64,000 bases of DNA from Fibrobacteria bacterium (GTDB taxonomy: Bacteria; Fibrobacterota; Fibrobacteria; UBA11236). Position 1 is the stretch's first letter; each line of letters opens with the position of its first letter. This document shows, one piece after another, positions 48,269 to 58,035 of this stretch. Where the stretch lies: NCBI GenBank assembly GCA_041746255.1, contig JBGTHM010000030.1, positions 1 through 64,000 of the forward strand. Direction: 5' to 3'. The position numbers and the translations under genes were made by a program. The notes below the pieces were generated by a model that had not been told where the DNA came from, searched no databases, and saw only the letters and a list, made by a program, of their open reading frames with translations.

Positions 48269-49585
48269 ATGCGGATTGTAATGATGACCAATACGTATTT
48301 TCCGCATGTGGGCGGTGTGGCGCGGTCGGTCACGGGATTCAGCGAAGGGTTGCGTAACTCCGGTCATCAGGTGATGGTGGTGGCGCCGGAATTTCCGGAT
48401 ATGCCGGAGGAAGAGGTGAACGTCGTCCGCATCCCGGCCATTCAGCGATTCAACGGGAGTGATTTTTCGGTAAGGCTTCCGGTGCCCGGCTTTTTGGATG
48501 AGCCCCTGGAGGAGTTTTCACCTGAGATAATTCACTCTCACCATCCCTTTCTCGTTGGGGATACCGCGGTGCGCGTGGCGTCGGATAAAGGCCTTCCGCT
48601 GGTTTTCACCCATCACACGCTTTATGAGCAATACACCCATTACGTTAACGAACAATCCGAGGCGCTCAAACTTTTCGTGATGGACCTTTCGACTGGTTAC
48701 GCCAATTTGTGCGACCGCGTGGTGGCGCCCAGTCAAAGTATCGCCGATTTACTGGTCAAAAGGGGCGTGACCACTCCCATTACAGTGGTTCCCACGGGCA
48801 TCGATTTACAGCGCTTCAAACCCTCCGATCGAGTGTCGTTCCGCCGCGCCCAAGGAATACCCCCAGAGGCCTTTCTGGTGGGACATGTGGGGCGTTTGGC
48901 ACAGGAAAAAAACCTGGCCTTTCTCACCGAAACCGTGGCGGCTTTTTTGCAAAAAAATCCGGAAGCATGGTTTATTCTGGTGGGCCAGGGTCCGCTCGAG
49001 CCGGAGTTACGGGGGATCTTGTCGAATCGCGGGGTGTCGGAACGGATTCGCTTTCTGGGGGTGTTGGGAGGGGATGAGTTGGCGGAGGCCTATGGTTGCA
49101 TGGACGTCTTCGCGTTTACATCGCATAGCGAGACCCAGGGCATGGTTTTGGCCGAAGCGATGGCCTGCGGTGTGCCGGTTGTCGGCCTCGACGCGAGTGG
49201 AGTGCGCGAGGTGATTCGGGATTATGAAAACGGACGTCTTTTAAAACGGCAAGACGGTGAAGATTTTATCGCGGCCCTGGAATGGGTCGGCTCACAGGAT
49301 GAAGAAGGCGGCTCCCGGCTGCGTGAAGGGGCTTTGGCCACCGCACGCGACTTCTCACAGGAAAGCTCGGTGAAAAAGATTGTCGGCGTTTACAACCAGG
49401 CTCTTGAATTTCGCCGGCGCTCCTGGGAAGTATCCGAAGACGACCTCTGGTCTCAGGCGATTCGACGCATCCAGGCGGAATGGGGGCTTCTCTCTAATTT
49501 GGCTCATGCGGCGGGTATGGCCATTTCCGGCTCCGATATTCCCACACTGGAAGCGGACCCTACCGGAACGGTCCATAATTCATGA
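48269..49585 (+). CDS. GT4 glycosyltransferase (diacylglycerol glycosyltransferase-like)
   Basis: TNTYFPHVGGVARSV, IHSHHPF, FTHHT.YEQY, VGRLAQEKN and SETQGMVLAEAMACG motifs. Confidence 0.9.
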   Translation: MRIVMMTNTYFPHVGGVARSVTGFSEGLRNSGHQVMVVAPEFPDMPEEEVNVVRIPAIQRFNGSDFSVRLPVPGFLDEPLEEFSPEIIHSHHPFLVGDTAVRVASDKGLPLVFTHHTLYEQYTHYVNEQSEALKLFVMDLSTGYANLCDRVVAPSQSIADLLVKRGVTTPITVVPTGIDLQRFKPSDRVSFRRAQGIPPEAFLVGHVGRLAQEKNLAFLTETVAAFLQKNPEAWFILVGQGPLEPELRGILSNRGVSERIRFLGVLGGDELAEAYGCMDVFAFTSHSETQGMVLAEAMACGVPVVGLDASGVREVIRDYENGRLLKRQDGEDFIAALEWVGSQDEEGGSRLREGALATARDFSQESSVKKIVGVYNQALEFRRRSWEVSEDDLWSQAIRRIQAEWGLLSNLAHAAGMAISGSDIPTLEADPTGTVHNS

Positions 49586-52011
49586 TTCAGGTTTTGGAAA
49601 CGGGTCTTCGACGCCTGCGTCTTCTGGTAAGCCGAAGCGAATGGTCGCTTCGCTTTTTGAAGCTCGACCCTTCCGAGCTCCCCGAGTCGCAAAAGGGCCT
49701 GCTCATCATTCAAATCGATGGCCTGGCGCGTTCCCAGCTCGAAAAGGCCATTAAAGCCGGTCGCATGCCGTTTCTCCGACGGCTCCTGAAACGCGAAGGC
49801 TACTCTTTACATACAGTCTATTCAGGCATGCCGTCATCCACTCCGGCCGCTCAAGCGGAACTGTTTTATGGGGTAAAAGGCGCGGTACCGTCGTTTAGCT
49901 TTAGGGATAACGATACCGGTCGCTTCTCCGCCATGCTCCACCCCGAGGCTGCTCGTAAGGTGGAAAATCACATGGAGAAAGAGGGAGAGTCTCCGCTGCT
50001 GCGGGATGGCTGCTCCTATATGAATATTTTTACCGGCGGGGCCAAGGAATCGCATTTTTGCGCCTCATCCTTGGGTGCTGCGGATATCTGGAAACAGACC
50101 CGCTTCTGGCGCTTTTTTCCCGTGCTTCTCTGGAACCTGCGTAGCGTGGTGCGGCTGGTAACACTCCTTTTCGTCGAAATTTTTATCGCACTTTACGATT
50201 CGGTGCGGGGCGCCATCAAACTGGGCGAATATCGCCGCGAATTCATCTTTGTTTTTACGCGGGTGATTGTAGCGGTGGGGCTGCGCGAGCTGGTGGCGAT
50301 TTTCGGAAGCATGGACGTGACTCGCGGTATGCCAATCGTGCATGCCAACTTCTGCGGTTACGACGAGCAGTCGCATCGGCGTGGTCCATCTTCGCGATTC
50401 GCCCAGTTCACCCTACGGGGCATAGACGGAGCCATCAAGCGATTGTGGCATGCGGCGCATCGCTCGCCGCGCCGCGATTACGATATCTGGATTCTTTCCG
50501 ATCACGGCCAAGAAACCGTCACGTCTTACTATCGCGAAAAAGGAAAATCGTTGCACGAGGCGATTTCTGAACTCCTGGGATTAGAGGAAATAATTCCGAC
50601 GAAAACCGGCAGGAATCAGGGCGGTGAAATGATGACCTTGGGGGGGAATTTCGAAAGTTACCTCCTCAAAGGGTTTCGTTGGATGAACAAAGAGTTGGTC
50701 GCGGCTTTTCCAATTTTACAAAAGGAAGTGCTGGTCACTTCCATGGGGCCCGTAGGTCAGTTGTATCCACCGGGACCCCTTAGTGCGGAGCAGCGAGAGG
50801 CCATGGCGGAAAAATTGGTGGCCGAACTGGGAATTCCCATTGTTCTCACCGCAGTACCCACGGAAAACAACGATCTGTCCGGCGAGGGAACGACTCCGGG
50901 TAGAAAAGCCTTGGCCTATACCGCGTCGGGACGGTACTTACTTCCGGAGGAAGCCGCCCCAGTTTTGGGTGAAAAACATCCCTTCCTGGAAGAATGCGCG
51001 CGCGACTTTGTCGATATCTGCCATCACCCCAATGCCGGCGTTTTCGTTCTTAGCGGTTGGCGGCCCCGAGGGCGCTCCCTCACCTTCGGCTTTGAAAACG
51101 GGAGCCATGGAGGCCCCGGGTATGAGGAAACGCGCGCCTTTGCCCTGCTTCCGGGAAACGCGCCGCTTCCGGCCTATAAAGGCTACCTGCGCCACTCCGA
51201 TTTGCGCGAAGCGGCCTTTCATGTGCGGGGACGGCGTTCGACGCTCTTGGACTACCGCCGCAAGGTACGTTTGGCCGAGAAAACCCTGCGGGTAATGACC
51301 TATAACATCCATGGCTGTGTCGGCATGGATGGCAGGGTATCCGCGGAGCGCATCGCCGAGGTGATCGATCATTACGAGCCGGATGTCATCGCCTTGCAGG
51401 AAAGCAAATCCTACCCTACCGGGCATCGCTATCAAAACCAAGCCGAAGAAATCGCCCATATCCTCATTCAGCGCTTTCATTTCCATTTGACCCCGCAGGT
51501 TGAGCAGGACGATTACGGAAACGCGATACTAAGTACCTTGCCTATGCGGCTACGTAAAAGAGGGCATTTGCCCACTCTGCAAAATCGCAATCTGGAGGAA
51601 AGGGGAGCCTTGTGGGCGGAGGTAACCCTACATGGGCAGAAATTGCAATTCATCAATACCCATCTGGGTTTGTTCTCCCAGGAAAGAATGCTCCAGGCCC
51701 AACATCTACTGGGAAAGGAATGGTTGAGTTCCGATGATTTCGAGGAGCCGGTAATCCTGTGCGGAGACTTTAACGCTTTTCCCTGGTCGGCAGCTTATAA
51801 AAAACTCGCACAAAGGCTCTATGAAGCCCAGGAAAATATGGCTTGGCATAAGCCCCTCGGTACGCTTTGGGGTCGCTATCCCGTCAGCCGAATCGACCAT
51901 GTTTTCTGCAGTGTGGGTATCGAAACCCTTAAAATCGAGGTCCCTCGCACCCAATTGACCCGTTTGGCCTCGGACCATTTACCGATTATTGCCGAATTGA
52001 CCATTCCTTGA
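49582..52011 (+). CDS. Alkaline-phosphatase-superfamily phosphodiesterase fused to an endonuclease/exonuclease/phosphatase (EEP) domain
   Basis: IQIDGL, PSSTP, YDEQSH and LSDHGQ (AlkP); MTYNIH, IALQE, GNAILS, NTHLGL, GDFN, IDHVF and SDHLP (EEP). ATGA overlap with the GT4 gene. Confidence 0.88.
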   Translation: MIQVLETGLRRLRLLVSRSEWSLRFLKLDPSELPESQKGLLIIQIDGLARSQLEKAIKAGRMPFLRRLLKREGYSLHTVYSGMPSSTPAAQAELFYGVKGAVPSFSFRDNDTGRFSAMLHPEAARKVENHMEKEGESPLLRDGCSYMNIFTGGAKESHFCASSLGAADIWKQTRFWRFFPVLLWNLRSVVRLVTLLFVEIFIALYDSVRGAIKLGEYRREFIFVFTRVIVAVGLRELVAIFGSMDVTRGMPIVHANFCGYDEQSHRRGPSSRFAQFTLRGIDGAIKRLWHAAHRSPRRDYDIWILSDHGQETVTSYYREKGKSLHEAISELLGLEEIIPTKTGRNQGGEMMTLGGNFESYLLKGFRWMNKELVAAFPILQKEVLVTSMGPVGQLYPPGPLSAEQREAMAEKLVAELGIPIVLTAVPTENNDLSGEGTTPGRKALAYTASGRYLLPEEAAPVLGEKHPFLEECARDFVDICHHPNAGVFVLSGWRPRGRSLTFGFENGSHGGPGYEETRAFALLPGNAPLPAYKGYLRHSDLREAAFHVRGRRSTLLDYRRKVRLAEKTLRVMTYNIHGCVGMDGRVSAERIAEVIDHYEPDVIALQESKSYPTGHRYQNQAEEIAHILIQRFHFHLTPQVEQDDYGNAILSTLPMRLRKRGHLPTLQNRNLEERGALWAEVTLHGQKLQFINTHLGLFSQERMLQAQHLLGKEWLSSDDFEEPVILCGDFNAFPWSAAYKKLAQRLYEAQENMAWHKPLGTLWGRYPVSRIDHVFCSVGIETLKIEVPRTQLTRLASDHLPIIAELTIP

Positions 52012-52437
52012 GAATCGAGACCACCTTTTCCAGAAAAACTCCCAGCAGGAATGGGAGGGTCGCGGTATATTCTGGTTTATGTTCAATAAAAACGGCATGG
52101 CCTCGACCCGACGACCTCAGGAAAAAACTCCCCTCAAAGCCGAATGCCGCTGCGAGGCCGATAGTGAGCCTCGATATACGCTTAGATGGACCGGAAATGA
52201 CCTTTCAGACCGTCTGGAGCCGGTGGTTGCACATGATTCGCCCATGCGGTTTTGCAACTTGGATCTTCAAGGGTCAATTTCCTCCCGGACCTTGCCTGTT
52301 TCCGGATATTTAAGTTTTTGATAATCGCTTCTTGCCATCCTCTCCCAATATCAACGCTTTAATTCGATTTCTAAACCGCTAGGATCCGGCATTCTATAGC
52401 GTCGGGTCCGCTAAATACTTACTTTTCCCATACTTTC

Positions 52438-52968
52438 GTGGCTCATACGGTGAGTTTTAAAGCCAAAGACGGGGCTATGATGCAAAAAAATCCCGAATTG
52501 CAAAAAATTTTTGATAAACTGTGCGCTCCTGACGGCGAGCCCCGGGAAAGGCATCAAGCGCTCAGCAGCCTTAAGGATTTTTTGCGCGTCAATCCTAAGG
52601 ACGATGTGGGAATGCGATATCTGCTGACGCAATGCCTACTCGAAACCGGGTTTGAAGAGGAGTTGGGCGAAATTCTGCAGCTCTATCCCGAAGACCAGGC
52701 TCCCGAAATCCGCTATACGCAAGCCCTTTGGACATTCCGCCGGGAAGGCCCGAGTCTTCAGGCCAATTTCGATTTAGCCGAGGCACTTACCGGTAACCCC
52801 TATGTTCCCGATTACCTGCTGCGGCGGAAAGCCCTACCGAAGTCACCTCCTCCCTTGGTTCAGCCTGGAGCGGAAGATGAAGCCATCACCTATGTCCTGA
52901 ATTCACGGGAAAGCTGGCAAAAGACGCTGGGAGCCATTGAATGGCTGGCGATGAATACTTCTATTTAG
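52438..52968 (+). CDS. Hypothetical TPR-like helical protein
   Basis: NP.D..GMRY.L, A...NPYVPDYLL, EA..Y and W....GAIEWL pattern typical of a conserved helical family; start uncertain (52438, 52477 or 52480). Confidence 0.7.
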   Translation: MAHTVSFKAKDGAMMQKNPELQKIFDKLCAPDGEPRERHQALSSLKDFLRVNPKDDVGMRYLLTQCLLETGFEEELGEILQLYPEDQAPEIRYTQALWTFRREGPSLQANFDLAEALTGNPYVPDYLLRRKALPKSPPPLVQPGAEDEAITYVLNSRESWQKTLGAIEWLAMNTSI

Positions 52969-53005
52969 GCCGCCGGAATCACGAACCCCGGTTTGAGGAG
53001 GATTA

Positions 53006-53395
53006 ATGCTCTGTGCCAAGTGCCACTCACCCATGGAAAAGGTTAAATACCGCGAGGTAGAAGTCGATCGTTGCGTCAATTGCCAGGGCATTTGGTTCGA
53101 TGGCCTGGAACACCGCCAACTGAAAGCCATGCCGGGCGCCGAAGCCGTGGATACCGGATCGGCCGAAGTCGGGAAGGTTTTCGACACCATGGAATCCGTC
53201 AAATGCCCGATTTGTGGAACGGTGATGGATACGGTGGAGGACACATGGCAGCGGCATATCCACTATGAAGTCTGTTCCCGGGGGCATGGAGCTTTTTTCG
53301 ATGCCGGTGAGTTTCGCGATTTCAAAACCGAAACCTTGGCCGACTTCTTCCGCAATCTTTCGTTACGCCGCGGCCGCCGCGATACCCCCTCCTAA
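53006..53395 (+). CDS. zf-TFIIB-like double zinc-ribbon protein
   Basis: CAKC...VDRCVNCQGIWFD and CPIC...C..GHGAFFDAGE motifs; SD GAGGAGG. Confidence 0.88.
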   Translation: MLCAKCHSPMEKVKYREVEVDRCVNCQGIWFDGLEHRQLKAMPGAEAVDTGSAEVGKVFDTMESVKCPICGTVMDTVEDTWQRHIHYEVCSRGHGAFFDAGEFRDFKTETLADFFRNLSLRRGRRDTPS

Positions 53396-53401
53396 CCGCT
53401 T

Positions 53402-54811
53402 TCAGGTTACCGAACGCAAATAGTTTTCCACCTCCGTCTGGATTTCGCGCCGCACCCCGGCGCGGTTCCGGCTCAGGTTTTTAAGGTCAAGCCGTCCGAT
53501 ATACTTGGTACTGATGAGCGGGCGTAATACCGACATGGGAATATTGCAGGGATTATTCAGCAAGGCCAAGGGCACATCTCGGTTTGCGAAACCGGAATAA
53601 AGGTGTTTCGACTTGGCGATGGTGGTAAGCACCGGAACGGAGCGGCACACGGCCACCACATGCGCCACTATGCCTGGAGCCTGGTTCACCTTGGGGTTGT
53701 TCAGCAATCCTTCCAGCACCGAGTCGCGGGAGATATTCTGGTTGATGAGGGTGCGCATGTCCACGGAAATCTCGTCCCCCTTCAAGTAGGGAATGGACAG
53801 CATGTCCTTGCCAATCCACTGCGCATAGGCGCGGTGTCGCAAATCCACTTCGATATGGTCGCGAAAAATCTTCGCGCCGCTGCCCGTCAGCCTACCCATC
53901 AACACCTTGGCTCCCACCTCACCCTGAAGGGTGAAAAGCCCCTCGTCATAACCCTTAAGAGCGGTTTCCAGGCAATCCAGCGGCGTAGGAGTTTCTTCCA
54001 TCGCTTCGGCTGCCCAGCGGCACAACGTGCTCAGGGCGATCAAATCGGCGGAAGCAATTTTCTTCTCCAATTGTAAGGAGAGGATGCGGGTTAATTGAGC
54101 CAGTTCCGCGCGCTTTTGCACCTTTCCCCACCATTTCTCGAATGCGGCCGGTTTCATGCGGTCGGCCAATGTGAGCGTGGGTTGGCCTACGGGCTCGCGG
54201 TACTTGAGACGCTTAGCGAGTTCGAGTCCGCCCTGCACCAACTCGTCATAGATGCGCAGTCGCGGGAGTACCCGCGCCATTACCTTCATGTCATAGGGGT
54301 CTACGTTTTCGGATAGCCAATCAACCCGCTCCCTTAATGCCAGCGCTTCGCATTCGATGAGGAGAATTATCGCATCTACTTCCGGTTCCGCTATGGGCTG
54401 CCCCGCCAGCAGCCCTTCAAACTCCTTTCGCGCGCGCTTTACCGCCTCCTTGAAATCGGAAAGGCTCCAAAGCGCCAATCCATCGCGGAGGGTTTTCGCC
54501 AATTGCAACTCATGCGGAGAATGGGCGCAATTGGATTCGATGCGCATGAGGATTCGTTGCAGGCGTTGGACACGGAGGGCGCGCCTGCCGATATGGGCGT
54601 GGGCCGGTTCGATATGGAGAAGGCTGAGACAGAGGCGCTCCAGCCAATTGCGGGAAGGTTCCGTTTCACCCAATAGCGCCAATAAATCATCTGCGGGTAA
54701 GCGCTCTTCGGTGCCGACGAAGAATTGGGCCAGCTTTTCCGCGCCCATAGCATAATCCTGAAGCTTTTCCAACTCGTTTTCAATGAGATTCCAGGGGGAT
54801 GGGAGCTTCAC
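53402..54811 (-). CDS. Hypothetical helical protein with a C-terminal LxNP repeat-like (LRV-like) region
   Basis: 469-aa ORF with GTG start filling the gap; LLNNPKV, ALLNNPCNIP and DLKNLSRN patterns. Confidence 0.75.
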   Translation of the reverse strand: MKLPSPWNLIENELEKLQDYAMGAEKLAQFFVGTEERLPADDLLALLGETEPSRNWLERLCLSLLHIEPAHAHIGRRALRVQRLQRILMRIESNCAHSPHELQLAKTLRDGLALWSLSDFKEAVKRARKEFEGLLAGQPIAEPEVDAIILLIECEALALRERVDWLSENVDPYDMKVMARVLPRLRIYDELVQGGLELAKRLKYREPVGQPTLTLADRMKPAAFEKWWGKVQKRAELAQLTRILSLQLEKKIASADLIALSTLCRWAAEAMEETPTPLDCLETALKGYDEGLFTLQGEVGAKVLMGRLTGSGAKIFRDHIEVDLRHRAYAQWIGKDMLSIPYLKGDEISVDMRTLINQNISRDSVLEGLLNNPKVNQAPGIVAHVVAVCRSVPVLTTIAKSKHLYSGFANRDVPLALLNNPCNIPMSVLRPLISTKYIGRLDLKNLSRNRAGVRREIQTEVENYLRSVT

Positions 54812-54986
54812 GATAACCTAGCAAGTACGATGAATCGGGCGTGGCAGTGTTAACTTGTCCCTACAATTATACCATGGTTGCGGGAGGTATCCCACGCTTC
54901 ACCGGGAGGGGTCCAATTTTATACCTTAGATTCCCTACCGAAGGAAAAAACGCAACCGGCCGCAATCGCAGTCGAAGCAGGGGAAG

Positions 54987-56078
54987 ATGGGCGGAATAAA
55001 CCGGAAGCGGATTGTGCTTACAGGCGGTGGAACCGCCGGCCATGTTTCGCCCAATTTGGCTTTGGTTCCCGCGCTTAAGGCTGACGGGTGGGAAATCGAA
55101 TACATCGGCTCCCACAAGGGAATCGAGAAATCGCTGGTGGAAGCCCAATCCATTTCCTACCATGCCATCTCCTCAGGAAAATTGAGACGGTACTTCGATT
55201 GGCGTAATTTTACCGATCCCTTCAGCATTCTGCTGGGGGTTTTTCAGGCATTTTACCTCCTGTTCACTCGGCGCCCCCAGGTGGTTTTTTCCAAGGGCGG
55301 CTTCGTCACGGTTCCCGTGGTTTTCGCGGCTTGGTTGTTGCGAATTCCCGCGCTTATTCACGAATCCGACTTGAGCCCAGGTCTAGCCAATCGACTCTGC
55401 ATACCCTTCGCGGCCCGCATTTGCTATAGCTTTCCCGAAACCATCCGGCAGCTTCCCATGAATAAGTCGGTCCATACGGGCACTCCGATTCGCGCCGAAC
55501 TTCTTCAAGGCGAGGCTTCCCGGGGTTTGGCGGCGGTGGGATTCGAGGCTGGCGGAGAAGCCAAGCCCGTACTTTTGGTGATGGGTGGCAGCCTCGGATC
55601 ACGCGCGTTGAATCACGCCGTGCGCGCCATTATGCCCGCGCTTACGGCACGGTTTCGGGTGATTCACCTATGCGGCAAAGGGGGCCGCGATCCCGCTCTG
55701 GAGGCAATAGCCGGGTATCGCCAATTTGAATTTTTAGGTAAGGAACTTCCCGATGTTTTCGCCGCCTCCGACCTGGTGCTTTCCCGGGCAGGCGCCAATG
55801 CCTTGTTCGAATTGCTTGCATTGCGCAAGCCTCATTTGCTGGTGCCTTTGTCGCGCGCCGCTTCGCGCGGCGATCAAATCCTCAATGCCGCGGCATTCGA
55901 AAGACTGGGTTACAGCCGGGTAGTCCAGGAGGAGGAATTGAAAGGACCCGACAGGCTTTTGCTTGAATTGGAGATGCTCTGGTCCGAAAGAGAAGAGCGC
56001 TTCACCCGCATGGGAGAAAGCCCCATCGGCGATGCGGCGGAAATCATCCTTGCGCAAATCCGAAACCTGGCCGGATAA
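54987..56078 (+). CDS. murG: Lipid II synthase MurG
   Basis: TGGGTAGHV, SGKLRRY, SKGGFV, HESD..PGLAN, GGSLG, SRAGAN and RGDQ.LNA motifs. Confidence 0.95.
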   Translation: MGGINRKRIVLTGGGTAGHVSPNLALVPALKADGWEIEYIGSHKGIEKSLVEAQSISYHAISSGKLRRYFDWRNFTDPFSILLGVFQAFYLLFTRRPQVVFSKGGFVTVPVVFAAWLLRIPALIHESDLSPGLANRLCIPFAARICYSFPETIRQLPMNKSVHTGTPIRAELLQGEASRGLAAVGFEAGGEAKPVLLVMGGSLGSRALNHAVRAIMPALTARFRVIHLCGKGGRDPALEAIAGYRQFEFLGKELPDVFAASDLVLSRAGANALFELLALRKPHLLVPLSRAASRGDQILNAAAFERLGYSRVVQEEELKGPDRLLLELEMLWSEREERFTRMGESPIGDAAEIILAQIRNLAG

Positions 56079-56120
56079 ACCTGGTCCTCGCGCCTCGCTA
56101 AAATTAAAATTAGGGTACTT

Positions 56121-56777
56121 ATGGAAATCATCAAAGAATTTATAGACCTATTTCTCAACCTCGACGTCCATTTAGCGGGAATTATCACGGATTACGGTAC
56201 CTGGACCTATGCCATTTTGTTTCTCATTATTTTCTGTGAAACCGGTCTGGTGGTGACGCCAATACTACCCGGAGACTCGCTGCTATTCGCTGCCGGCTCG
56301 CTGGCCGCCATTACCATACTGGACCCGCATGTAATTGTGGTCTTGTTGATTGTTGCCGCCATACTGGGGGATATGGTCAATTATTGGGCGGGTAACTTTT
56401 TCGGATCCGCCATCTTCAAAGAAGATGCCCGTTTCCTGAAAAAAGCCTATCTCGATCGCACCTATGATTTCTACGAACGATTCGGGGGCAAGACCATCGT
56501 TATCGCCCGTTTCGTGCCCATCGTTCGTACCTTCGCGCCCTTCGTGGCCGGTATGGGGCGTATGCGCTACCACCGCTTCTTCTTTTTCAACGTTTCCGGA
56601 GCGATTCTTTGGGTGGTCCTATTTGTCTACGGGGGCTATTGGTTCGGAAATATTCCCATTGTCCAGAAAAACTTCACTCTAGTCATTCTAGCCATCATCG
56701 GACTCTCGGTTTTACCCATGATTATCGAATTCTTCCGGCATCGCAAGGCTGCGGTCGTTCCTCAGCGGATGGACTGA
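56121..56777 (+). CDS. dedA: DedA-family membrane protein
   Basis: FCETGLVVTPILPGDSLLF, GDMVNY and GGKTIVIARFVPIVRTFAPFVAG motifs. Confidence 0.95.
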   Translation: MEIIKEFIDLFLNLDVHLAGIITDYGTWTYAILFLIIFCETGLVVTPILPGDSLLFAAGSLAAITILDPHVIVVLLIVAAILGDMVNYWAGNFFGSAIFKEDARFLKKAYLDRTYDFYERFGGKTIVIARFVPIVRTFAPFVAGMGRMRYHRFFFFNVSGAILWVVLFVYGGYWFGNIPIVQKNFTLVILAIIGLSVLPMIIEFFRHRKAAVVPQRMD

Positions 56778-56811
56778 ATCCCCACAGGGGATTGTTACCT
56801 TTCCAAACATT

Positions 56812-57984
56812 ATGCGTTATGAAGACCGCGGAGCCTCCGCCGATAAACACGAAGTTCATGCCGCCTTGAAAGGGCGCGACGGAGGGCTCTTTCCGGGCGC
56901 CTTTTGTAAAATCCTGCCCGATACCCTGACGGGAAGCCCCGACCATTGCCTAATCATCCATGCCGACGGAGCGGGCACCAAATCCATTCTCGCCTATTTG
57001 CATTGGCGCGAAACCGGAGATGCTACCGTCTTTAAGGGAATCGCGCAGGATTCCCTGGTGATGAATCTCGATGACCTGTTCTGCGTAGGAGCCACGGGCC
57101 CCTTTCTACTTTCCAATACCATCGGTCGTAACGCAAAGTTGATTTCTGGAGAAGTTATCGCGGCGCTGGTGGATGGCTATCGCGATTTATGCGGGACTTT
57201 TGCGGGATTAGGCATTGAAATCCACTCGGGCGGCGGTGAAACCGCGGACATGGGTGATAGTATTCGGACGCTGGTCGTGGATTCCACCCTGGTCACCCGC
57301 TGTAAACGCTCCGAGATTATCACCGGAGAGAAAATCCGTCCCGGTCTGGTGATAGTAGGGTTGGCTTCGGGTGGGCGTGCCCAATACGAAACCCGGGAGA
57401 ATTCCGGATTGGGCAGTAATGGATTCACTTCCATTCGTCACGAAATTCTTTCCCCGTATTACAAAGAAAAATACCCTGAAATATATGCACCCGAAATTGA
57501 GCCCTTGGCCTATATGGGTAAGTACCGTCTGGAAGACGTATTGTCCGGTAGCGAGCTGACCATTGGAGAGGCTTTACGTTCACCCACCCGGACCTATGCT
57601 CCGGTTTTACGGCAAGTCTTGGCAAAGCACCGCGACTCCGTGGCTGCCATCTTTCATAATACCGGCGGGGGACAAACCAAATGCCTGCGTTTCGGCCAGG
57701 GAATTCTTTATATCAAGGATAACCTCTTCGAACCGCCCCCCCTATTCCGCTTATTGGAGCAGGAGTCGGCCTTGGGCGAAAAGGAGCTTTACCGTTCCTT
57801 GAACATGGGCCACCGTATGGAGATTCTATGTGAGCCGACAGCTGCAAATGCCATCGTGACTATTGCCGCCGGATTCGGAATCGCCGCCCAAATCGTGGGT
57901 CGCACCGAACCAGGGCCTGCGGGAAACCGGCTGGTTATCCGGCGAGGCGGCCAAGAGTTCGAATTCGAATTGGGTTCCCACTAA
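56812..57984 (+). CDS. purM: Phosphoribosylformylglycinamidine cyclo-ligase (AIR synthase), divergent Bacteroidota/spirochaete type
   Basis: HADGAGTKS, MNLDDL.CVGA, GGETAD, GSNG, SPTRTY, H.TGGG and NMGHRME motifs. Confidence 0.9.
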   Translation: MRYEDRGASADKHEVHAALKGRDGGLFPGAFCKILPDTLTGSPDHCLIIHADGAGTKSILAYLHWRETGDATVFKGIAQDSLVMNLDDLFCVGATGPFLLSNTIGRNAKLISGEVIAALVDGYRDLCGTFAGLGIEIHSGGGETADMGDSIRTLVVDSTLVTRCKRSEIITGEKIRPGLVIVGLASGGRAQYETRENSGLGSNGFTSIRHEILSPYYKEKYPEIYAPEIEPLAYMGKYRLEDVLSGSELTIGEALRSPTRTYAPVLRQVLAKHRDSVAAIFHNTGGGQTKCLRFGQGILYIKDNLFEPPPLFRLLEQESALGEKELYRSLNMGHRMEILCEPTAANAIVTIAAGFGIAAQIVGRTEPGPAGNRLVIRRGGQEFEFELGSH

Positions 57985-58035
57985 ACCAGCGGCTGTGGAT
58001 TTCGGTATCGAGACGCTACCAGGCGGTTGTGGGCT

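Noticed and set aside
52012..52437. Short ORFs in the ~430-bp gap (52008-52313, 52079-52321, and a 23-aa minus-strand ORF)
   Set aside because: No recognisable domain or well-spaced SD; none can be supported from sequence alone.
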